Shown: positions 37,388-44,044 of the stretch, in pieces
Layout of the letters: every line of letters begins with the position of its first letter
Position numbering within the stretch: position 1 is the stretch's first letter
Virus record (IMG/VR): IMGVR_UViG_2718217868_000004
Location: 1-49,788 of that record
DNA: 49,788 nucleotides
Strand: one strand, 5' to 3'
DNA from: a virus
Lineage: Duplodnaviria; Heunggongvirae; Uroviricota; Caudoviricetes
Translations under genes and position numbers: made by a program
Notes under the pieces: generated by a model
The model's database searches: none
What the model saw: only the letters and a program-made list of their open reading frames with translations
What the model was told of the DNA's origin: nothing

Positions 37388-37761
37388 AAGTTATCCCCCT
37401 CTTGATACCGCTCGAACCAGAACACAACTGGTGCGTTAGTCTGTTTAACCAGGCCAAATGATTCCGCTGTGCGGTAACTTCTTGACGCACGGCGAGTTAC
37501 ATCAACCTGAGTGGCTATGCGGCTGCGAAAGTCTTCTACTGTGCTGCACATTTTGAACAAGTTGCATGGAATGCATGCTGGAACCATGTTGCTGACCGTG
37601 TCATTTTCTGGCCTGTCCATTGCGTAGCCGTTGCTGATATTTCTTCGTACCGCTTCTACATGGTCTGCATGCCACTTATCGCCAAGTTCACAGCCGCAAT
37701 AAGCACAGCGACCGCCAAACTTCATGCGCAGTTCTGCACGCTGTTTTTTCGTCAGTGCCAT
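37384..37761 (-). CDS. HNH endonuclease
   Basis: CAYCGC...HADHV...N...PACIPCN zinc-binding HNH motif. Confidence 0.7.
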   Translation of the reverse strand: MALTKKQRAELRMKFGGRCAYCGCELGDKWHADHVEAVRRNISNGYAMDRPENDTVSNMVPACIPCNLFKMCSTVEDFRSRIATQVDVTRRASRSYRTAESFGLVKQTNAPVVFWFERYQEGDNL

Positions 37762-37762
37762 C

Positions 37763-38308
37763 TCATTCCCCCTTCACGCCAATGCCAGCGGCGCGGTCAA
37801 TGCGTTCAATTTCTGCCAGAATAAGAGCGCCAGCTTTTACCAAGTCGCAGCGTGCTCCTGATTGCTTCCACCAATCAGGCGACCACGGCCAATGTGCTGG
37901 AGTGGAGAAACCTTGGTTGTGCGCATGAATTGCGTAACAAGCCGCTGCATCTGCTAATTCGCTATTTTGATATGCGTTGTCATGTTCAGGAGTCCATCCT
38001 TCAACCGACTGTTGCCGCTGACGTTCGGCTACCACATCCAGAATTGCTGGATTGAATGAACGCGCCTCCAGTTCTGCTATGCGCTTCTCTGCGGCTTCCA
38101 GCTCATCAAGCAGCGCCAGCACGGTGGCGGGGTTGGCTGCGGCGATAAATGCAGCATCACGCGCTTCGTTTTCACTGAATACCATGGCTATTTGCTCATG
38201 GTTCACGCCGTCAGTGGAGTAAATCTCATCGTCGAACTCAACAGCCCACCGGCCTTTCGTCGCCTTCTCCTCTGCTTCCCGTAATCCACGTTTGTCGATG
38301 TTGCTCAT
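37763..38308 (-). CDS. Ead/Ea22-like protein with DUF550-like C-terminal domain
   Basis: N-terminal pattern ...NPATVLALLDELEAAEKRIAELE and C-terminal WTPEHDNAY...; family call from memory. Confidence 0.45.
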   Translation of the reverse strand: MSNIDKRGLREAEEKATKGRWAVEFDDEIYSTDGVNHEQIAMVFSENEARDAAFIAAANPATVLALLDELEAAEKRIAELEARSFNPAILDVVAERQRQQSVEGWTPEHDNAYQNSELADAAACYAIHAHNQGFSTPAHWPWSPDWWKQSGARCDLVKAGALILAEIERIDRAAGIGVKGE

Positions 38309-38559
38309 TGGGCGGCCTCCTCCATGGCTGGGTCTGCTGGTAAAGTCATGTGCGGCACTTCAATCAGTTCTGCCCGAGCATCAGCCGTGTTAAGCGCCAT
38401 TAATGCGACGATCCGCTTCTGCTCAGCATCCATTCGTAACGCTACTGTCTTGCCGTTCATATTGAAGAACACCGCAACGTTTTTGATATCTTCGATTTTC
38501 ATACCCCTACCCTCCCCCAAACCATCAATACCCTTCTCATCGCCGCGCTGTTGCGGCAC
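38305..38559 (-). CDS. Hypothetical small protein (probable start at 38502, overlapping the Ren-like stop)
   Basis: Internal ATG overlapping the upstream stop in an ATGA arrangement. Confidence 0.4.
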   Translation of the reverse strand: MPQQRGDEKGIDGLGEGRGMKIEDIKNVAVFFNMNGKTVALRMDAEQKRIVALMALNTADARAELIEVPHMTLPADPAMEEAAQ

Positions 38560-39026
38560 TCCTGGCAGATCACGTTTGTGTCCGTCCGCTGAATTAACTT
38601 CGACTTACCCTGCTTCATGCCAGGTATCGTGTCAGGGGCGAAGCGCATTCCGTAGCTGGTCAGGCTGTAAAGGCGCTGGCCGTATTTTCCTTCGCAGCGG
38701 ATCAGGCCGTCTGCCAGCAGCGTGCTCACCGTTCCGGATATCTTTTTGGTGTCCATGCCGATAAGCCCTGCCAGTTTGGCGTTGTTCAACCCTGGGTTGT
38801 TGCGCAGGGCTGCCAGCACCTGCTCACGGATTGTTATGTTCATGTCACACCATCCCGTTCGACTTGTTGCGGTTGTACTTGGCCAGCAGCAGCTGGATCG
38901 GCGTCGGCCCTTGCTCGGCAGCTGGTGCGGCAATAGCCCGGCGTACCGGCGGCACTGGCTTACCCTCGGTGACGCGCCTTTCCCACATGTCCAGCAGATC
39001 GCCTGCCTCGCGTGCCAGTTCACCAT
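38499..39026 (-). CDS. Ren-like protein (probable start at 38843, just after the P stop)
   Basis: C-terminus ...ECRNSAAMRRVLMVWG resembles lambda Ren as remembered; position immediately after P. Confidence 0.55.
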   Translation of the reverse strand: MVNWHARQAICWTCGKGASPRVSQCRRYAGLLPHQLPSKGRRRSSCCWPSTTATSRTGWCDMNITIREQVLAALRNNPGLNNAKLAGLIGMDTKKISGTVSTLLADGLIRCEGKYGQRLYSLTSYGMRFAPDTIPGMKQGKSKLIQRTDTNVICQECRNSAAMRRVLMVWGRVGV

Positions 39027-39534
39027 GCGTTAACTGGCGCTCGGTGCTGCGGTGGCGCAATTCTACGCAAATGTGGTACATGACCGGCTGCGACCATGGA
39101 AATTGCTCGCTGGAGATGAATTCGAACGAGCGGTTACGCCAGTCCCAGTATTCGGCGATCACCTGGTCAACGTTGACGCCCAGCGCGCCGCCGCTCTGCT
39201 TGCACCAGGCGACGAACTGGCCCGGCGACGGCAGGAATGGGCGCTCCTGGCGGCGGGCAATGCGCATGCCGGCATCGACCTGAGCCATGGTGTGGATCCC
39301 GTTCTCCTGAAACGCCAGCAGCCACTGACGGCGGAATTCGTTCAGGTCTTCCTGGGTGCGGAAGTTCGCCATGCTGGCCGGGAACGCGGCGCGCAGCTCG
39401 TTGAACAGCTTGTTGAATACCTGCGCCACCTGCTCGACCGGCGCGCACTCCTGGTACTGCTCTGGCAGGTTATGGGCCATGCGGCTCATCTGCTCGCGGT
39501 CGTGGTTACGCATCTGCTCTGCAAGAGATTTCAT
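38845..39534 (-). CDS. Replication protein P (helicase loader)
   Basis: Strong resemblance to lambda P as remembered (e.g. ...RRQERPFLPSPGQFVAWC...); follows O. Confidence 0.85.
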   Translation of the reverse strand: MKSLAEQMRNHDREQMSRMAHNLPEQYQECAPVEQVAQVFNKLFNELRAAFPASMANFRTQEDLNEFRRQWLLAFQENGIHTMAQVDAGMRIARRQERPFLPSPGQFVAWCKQSGGALGVNVDQVIAEYWDWRNRSFEFISSEQFPWSQPVMYHICVELRHRSTERQLTHGELAREAGDLLDMWERRVTEGKPVPPVRRAIAAPAAEQGPTPIQLLLAKYNRNKSNGMV

Positions 39535-40472
39535 CGGATCACCCCATAGGCCCAGTCAGTGTTGTTGAAGTCCAGATCTGGCTTGACAGCGCGCTGCTCA
39601 CCTCCGGCGTTACGCTGCATTGTCAGCTTGTCCCACTGCTTACGCAGGCTTTCGGGACTCAGGATGTTGGTCTGCCAGAAGTGGTGTTTGCTAGCCCAGT
39701 CATACAGCGCGCAGATGTCCTGGTGCGACCGGTTGTCTATCTGGCGCATCAGGCGAACAGTGTTAGACCAGGAGGTCATGTCCGGGGCTTTGCAGGTTGG
39801 GTTAATCAGCTTCACCCTGGAGGAAATCCACTTAGCTGTCTCGAGGTCTTCAGCAGAGCCCCACTTCGCACCGGATGGTGTGTAGACCGCAGCTTCAGGA
39901 TGAGTTGATAAAAATTTCTTCAGACGTGCGTCAGAGGATTCGTCAGAATTCTCGGACGAAGATCTTTTAATACTGTTCTTGTTCTTGTATTGGGTGTCTA
40001 CCGTTTTCGGGAAGGTTATTCCTGATTTCGGGAAGGATTTTCCCGTTTTCGGGAATTTTCTTCCCGTTTCCGGTTTGTCTAAAATCCATGCTGAAAGGTC
40101 AGTGTTTACACCGACGATTTTCATCATGCCCTGCTTCTGTGAAAAGATGATTTTGCGTTCTGCGAGAGACTTAAGCGCGTCCGATACATGCGTATCGCTC
40201 AGGCCCGTAAGCTCGGCAATAACCGTATTTGTCACGCGGTCCTGTTTCTTGTTCCAGCCGTAGGTAAGCCAGATCACCGCCTCAAAACATTGCCATTCCC
40301 GGCCTGACAGTCTCAGGCGAGGCTTAAGCTGTTGGATCTCGTTAGCGACCTTGGTATACCCGTTCGACAGGTCGGCCATACGACCTCCCGGTTGTTCGGT
40401 TTTATTTGGGAAATTGATTATTTCAGCGGTGTTTGACATACTGTTCTCCGCAATTACGCACTGTTTTTGCAC
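39531..40472 (-). CDS. Replication initiator O (probable start at ATG 40439)
   Basis: N-terminus MSNTAEIINF... resembles lambda O; ori iterons lie within the coding sequence. Confidence 0.85.
   Translation of the reverse strand: MQKQCVIAENSMSNTAEIINFPNKTEQPGGRMADLSNGYTKVANEIQQLKPRLRLSGREWQCFEAVIWLTYGWNKKQDRVTNTVIAELTGLSDTHVSDALKSLAERKIIFSQKQGMMKIVGVNTDLSAWILDKPETGRKFPKTGKSFPKSGITFPKTVDTQYKNKNSIKRSSSENSDESSDARLKKFLSTHPEAAVYTPSGAKWGSAEDLETAKWISSRVKLINPTCKAPDMTSWSNTVRLMRQIDNRSHQDICALYDWASKHHFWQTNILSPESLRKQWDKLTMQRNAGGEQRAVKPDLDFNNTDWAYGVIR
40001..40078. repeat. Origin of replication iterons (about four TTTCGGGAAGG-like repeats at roughly 21-bp spacing) inside O
   Basis: Directly visible tandem repeats followed by an AT-rich stretch; the same arrangement as lambda ori. 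Confidence 0.7.
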
Positions 40473-40523
40473 CTGAAAGCCGTTGGTGTTCGCGCACCGC
40501 GGCTTTCGCCATTTTTGAACCGG

Positions 40524-41063
40524 TCATATAGCCCCCAGCATCATCTGCACCATCTCCATCAGTGGACCGGTTAACCCAGGGTCAACGCGATACATCTCCA
40601 CGATCCCCTCGCTCAACTCTTTCAGCTTTTGATGGCGTGGCGCATCCATTGCGACGGCAATCTTCGCTTCGCTGGTTTCTTTCTCCAGCCGAGCCAGGCG
40701 GGCCATAACGTTGTCTTCTGGTAGCAGACGGTTGCGGTATTCAATCGGCAGGACCGCCAGGATTGCCGGAGTCAGCTGGCGAACGTTCTCACGGTACCGT
40801 TCGCTGTTGAAATGGTTATCCAGGAAGCGGAAAAGCTTCTGCCGCTTTCGGCAGAGATCGTCAGGGAAAGTGATGTCATAACCACCCTGCGCCCGGTACT
40901 CTTCGACGATCAGAGCAGAAACGACATCCTGACCATCTACACCCGCCCATGAACGAACGGCATTTCGAATATCTTCGTGACACGGCCCCTTATAGGTTTG
41001 AGCGCGATTTATCACCGCTTGTTGCGGTACTCCTGTATCCTGGTAAAACGTAAGTGATTGCAT
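40524..41063 (-). CDS. YdaT-like protein (CII-analog family of Rac-type immunity regions)
   Basis: Segments EEYRAQGGYDITF and TPAILAVLPIEYRNRL resemble E. coli Rac YdaT as remembered; located right after the Cro-like gene. Confidence 0.55.
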   Translation of the reverse strand: MQSLTFYQDTGVPQQAVINRAQTYKGPCHEDIRNAVRSWAGVDGQDVVSALIVEEYRAQGGYDITFPDDLCRKRQKLFRFLDNHFNSERYRENVRQLTPAILAVLPIEYRNRLLPEDNVMARLARLEKETSEAKIAVAMDAPRHQKLKELSEGIVEMYRVDPGLTGPLMEMVQMMLGAI

Positions 41064-41094
41064 AGTGCTTTCCCTTTCGTGGTTAAAGCGCCGG

Positions 41095-41322
41095 TCAGGC
41101 TACTTTTGGTTTGCTGATTTCAAGAATTTGGGTGGTGGTAAAGCGACCACCTGAGGCCTCAGCAATTTTCGATGCATAAGCTGTCTCACCGGTGTAATCA
41201 GTACGTGGCAAGCACCCACTATTGATCCACTTGTAAATTGCTCGCGGAGTCCGCTCGCATGCTTTGGCCACCACGGGTACGCGAATCAATTTGATGATTT
41301 CGCCAAGGCTTGTTGGTTGCAT
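41095..41322 (-). CDS. Cro/YdaS-like HTH regulator
   Basis: 75 aa with HTH (ERTPRAIYKWINSGCLP), divergent from the cI-like repressor. Confidence 0.7.
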   Translation of the reverse strand: MQPTSLGEIIKLIRVPVVAKACERTPRAIYKWINSGCLPRTDYTGETAYASKIAEASGGRFTTTQILEISKPKVA

Positions 41323-41337
41323 TTTTTAACCCTCAAT

Positions 41338-41376
41338 ATGAACTGTAAGTACATATTATGTCGGAACTGATAGTTC
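41338..41376. promoter_or_regulatory. OR-like operator region: two imperfect palindromes (ATGAACT-N3-AGTACAT and GAACT-N3-AGTTC) between cro and cI
   Basis: Directly visible palindromes; the same 17-bp motif recurs near 43331-43347. Confidence 0.5.
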
Positions 41377-42113
41377 ACGCAAGAGATATTATGATTGAAC
41401 CTATGGTTCAGGAAGAAAAAGCGCGAAAAGACTTTTCCCATAGGCTAGCGCTGGCCTGCGATAAAGCTGGTTTGCCGGTTCATGGTCGTCAGGCTGAGAT
41501 AGCCAAAAAGATGAAGTTGACACCAAAGGCCGTAAGCAAATGGTTTAACGGGGAATCAATTCCAAGACGCGGGAAGCTGCAAGAGCTTGCTGCGAGTATT
41601 GGTACAACTTCAACTTACCTGTTAGGTGACAGCGAGGTTGATGGAATATCTGAGGGACGCTTGCAGAAATCGACAGAAATATTTCGCATAGATGTGCTCA
41701 ATGTATCTGTCAGTGCAGGCCCGGGCGTGATCAATAGCGAGTTCGTGGAGGTGCTTCGCTCTGTGGAATACTCAGTTGAAGATGCGCGCCAAATGTTCAA
41801 CGGACGAAAGCAGGAACAAATCCGCATCATCAACGTCCGCGGAGACAGCATGTCTGGCACGATAGAGCCGGGTGATCTGCTTTTTGTCGATATCAGCATC
41901 CAACACTTTGATGGTGATGGAATTTACGCTTTCCTGTACGACGAAACAGCTCATGTTAAGCGACTTCAGAAGATGAAAGACAAACTACTGGTAATCTCAG
42001 ACAACCAGACCTATCGCCCGTGGGAGCCAATTGAGAAGGAAGAGATGAACAAGATTTTCGTCTTCGGAAAGGTGATCGGCAGCATGCCGCAGACCTACAG
42101 GAAGCATGGTTAG
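41358..42113 (+). CDS. CI-like repressor with HTH and S24 (LexA-like) autopeptidase domain; probable start at ATG 41391
   Basis: HTH (GRQAEIAKKMKLTPKAVSKW), S24 catalytic Ser (GDSM) and Lys (HVKRLQK); AAGAGA RBS before 41391. Confidence 0.9.
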   Translation: MSELIVHARDIMIEPMVQEEKARKDFSHRLALACDKAGLPVHGRQAEIAKKMKLTPKAVSKWFNGESIPRRGKLQELAASIGTTSTYLLGDSEVDGISEGRLQKSTEIFRIDVLNVSVSAGPGVINSEFVEVLRSVEYSVEDARQMFNGRKQEQIRIINVRGDSMSGTIEPGDLLFVDISIQHFDGDGIYAFLYDETAHVKRLQKMKDKLLVISDNQTYRPWEPIEKEEMNKIFVFGKVIGSMPQTYRKHG

Positions 42114-42181
42114 CAAACTAACAGTGGCCAGATGATACGTTTGGGTGATTATTTTTATTTTTCACAGCAATAGGATGATTT

Positions 42182-42523
42182 ATGACACAGTTTCAACTTG
42201 CGTTAATCGCCAGAGAAGTTGATGGAGAAGTCATCCATCTTCGCACCAAAGACGGATACATCAATGCCACATCAATGTGCAAGTCTGCAGGGAAGCTACT
42301 TGCCGACTATACACGACTAAAAACAACACAAGATTTTTTTGATGAATTATCACGCGATATGGGGATTCCCATATCGGAGTTAATTCAATCATTTAAAGGC
42401 GGAAGAGCAGAGAATCAAGGGACTTGGGTTCATCCAGACATCGCAATTAATTTAGCTCAGTGGCTATCTCCAAAATTTGCAGTGCAAGTATCGAGATGGG
42501 TGCGTGAGTGGATGTCAGGCTAA
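42182..42523 (+). CDS. KilA-N domain protein (standalone)
   Basis: 113 aa with KilA-N pattern (DGYINATSMCKSAGK...GTWVHPDIAINLAQWLSPKF); RBS AGGATGA; no terminator between cI and this gene. Confidence 0.75.
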   Translation: MTQFQLALIAREVDGEVIHLRTKDGYINATSMCKSAGKLLADYTRLKTTQDFFDELSRDMGIPISELIQSFKGGRAENQGTWVHPDIAINLAQWLSPKFAVQVSRWVREWMSG

Positions 42524-42562
42524 AGAGCGCCTGCCGAACTCCCTATCCACCTTAAGCGGTAT

Positions 42563-42943
42563 ATGACAAACCGAGGCAGGGCTCCTCATACGCACTTTTC
42601 TATGCTTAATGAACTGACGTTTAACTTGGTTGCGCCACTTGAACAAGCCGGATATACGCTGCCTGAAAAAATGGTTCCTGATATTTCAGAAGGTAGGGTT
42701 TTCTCGCAATGGCTCCGTGACAACCGGGGTATTGAGCCGAAGACATTCCCAACATATAACCATGAGTACCCAGATGGCCGGACATTCCCGGTACGTCTAT
42801 ACCCAAACGAATATCTTGCAGATTTCAAACAGCACTTCAACGAAGTGTGGCTGCCTCAGTACGCTCCTAAATATTTTGCTGAACGAGACCAAAGGGCATT
42901 GACGTTGATTGAGAAAATCATGCTGCCTGACCTTGATTCCTAA
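42563..42943 (+). CDS. Hypothetical protein, last gene of the cI operon
   Basis: 126-aa ORF followed within 10 bp by a strong terminator. Confidence 0.5.
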   Translation: MTNRGRAPHTHFSMLNELTFNLVAPLEQAGYTLPEKMVPDISEGRVFSQWLRDNRGIEPKTFPTYNHEYPDGRTFPVRLYPNEYLADFKQHFNEVWLPQYAPKYFAERDQRALTLIEKIMLPDLDS

Positions 42944-42952
42944 ATGCCACAG

Positions 42953-42978
42953 CCCGGCCACCGCGCCGGGTTTTTATT
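42953..42978 (+). terminator. Rho-independent terminator ending the cI - KilA-N - orf126 operon
   Basis: CCCGGC-caccgc-GCCGGG stem followed by TTTTTATT. Confidence 0.65.
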
Positions 42979-43198
42979 GCCCTTTCCTCACGAACTCCGC
43001 CGCATCCCGCAATACACCTTTGTGAATCATATTGCCCACGGTTTTTCGCTTCGCTTCCAGTCGATCGACAATAGCCTCACAGTCAATCACCACACCGTCG
43101 ATTATCAACTCAACAACCGCCCCACCAATCTCACCAGCTATGAAAGCTGCGCGATCTTCCAGCAATTCATCACGTGACATATCCATACCTAAGCCCAT
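42974..43198 (-). CDS. Hypothetical small acidic protein convergent with the cI operon
   Basis: 74-aa ORF; weak RBS; real start may be the internal ATG near 43186. Confidence 0.35.
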   Translation of the reverse strand: MGLGMDMSRDELLEDRAAFIAGEIGGAVVELIIDGVVIDCEAIVDRLEAKRKTVGNMIHKGVLRDAAEFVRKGQ

Positions 43199-43259
43199 AG
43201 CAATACCCTGTTTGGTGTTTTTTTGAGCATAGCAAGACTAGAGAAAAAAATAAATAATC

Positions 43260-43350
43260 TTAAAGTTCATATTGTTATGCGTTTATGAACTTGCCACACC
43301 ACTTAAATGTACTATTGGTACTTTACTTCAATGAACTTATAGTACATTAT
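43260..43350 (+). promoter_or_regulatory. OL/PL-like region: operator copy ATGAACT-TAT-AGTACAT plus additional AGTTCAT/ATGAACT half-sites and promoter-like hexamers
   Basis: Same 17-bp motif as at OR; TTTACT and TACATT hexamers flank it; upstream of the recE operon. Confidence 0.45.
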
Positions 43351-43525
43351 CATCCCATCGCGAAACACTAAGCGCATCAAGTTCAAACGTTCCGCCAGCC
43401 TGGCGACAAGGGCAAACACAGAAGTGAGCTTCGCGGTGGTGAATTGCAGAGTTAAAACGCTCAACCGTGAAGATCAGCGCCGCGGCACCACCAGCGAAGT
43501 TCACTCAGAAAAACTGGAGAACATC

Positions 43526-43732
43526 ATGGTTCATCAGCACTACGGTACACAGACAGTAAACCGCGGCGCAGTTCAGCCGGGGATGCTCGTCAAACACAAA
43601 GACTCAACCTGGACGGCATCAGCTAACGCTCGCGGACGTTTGTATCTGCATCGCGGCGTAGAAATGACTTACACCAAGGATTTGCTGGTTGAAGTTTATC
43701 TGAACGGTCTGGGGCATGGACTCAGCCACTAG
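43526..43732 (+). CDS. Hypothetical small protein, first gene of the early-left operon (track ORF starts at 43424)
   Basis: Internal ATG with GGAGA RBS 6 nt upstream. Confidence 0.4.
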   Translation: MVHQHYGTQTVNRGAVQPGMLVKHKDSTWTASANARGRLYLHRGVEMTYTKDLLVEVYLNGLGHGLSH

Positions 43733-43743
43733 CGGAGGATGTC

Positions 43744-43905
43744 ATGTTAGACAAGAAATGCGGATATTGCGGCAAGCCGGTTAAAACGGAGGAAGTAATC
43801 AAGAGCACCCTTCTCTATCGCAACGGCTCACAGCTGGCGCGCAAAGAAAAAGAGTATTGCTCCAAACGTTGCGCTTCGCACGACCAGATGGCTCACGAAG
43901 GCTAA
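43744..43905 (+). CDS. Small zinc-ribbon protein (not in the ORF track, below 60 aa)
   Basis: 53-aa ORF with GGAGGA RBS and CGYCG...CSKRCAS Cys pairs; similar position to the small Zn-binding protein near recE in Rac. Confidence 0.45.
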   Translation: MLDKKCGYCGKPVKTEEVIKSTLLYRNGSQLARKEKEYCSKRCASHDQMAHEG

Positions 43906-44044
43906 CGTAAAACCCGCGCAAGGCGGGATCTACGTCCGGTGGTACCGACCAAAGTTACACCGGAAACAACATTAAAACCAAAGTTAACCCAATGGGCGCT
44001 ATCAATGGTCCGGGGATTCTAACACCCAAAAAAGAGGATCTCAC

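Noticed and set aside
40001-40078. Tandem repeats considered as a possible CRISPR array
   Set aside because: Only about four short repeats at 21-bp spacing, no spacer structure or cas genes, and they sit inside the O gene exactly like lambda ori iterons.
43424-43525. Possible nut site (boxA/boxB) and N-like antiterminator at the start of the early-left operon
   Set aside because: CGCTCAA only weakly resembles boxA, there is no convincing boxB hairpin, and the first ORF lacks an arginine-rich motif; insufficient evidence.
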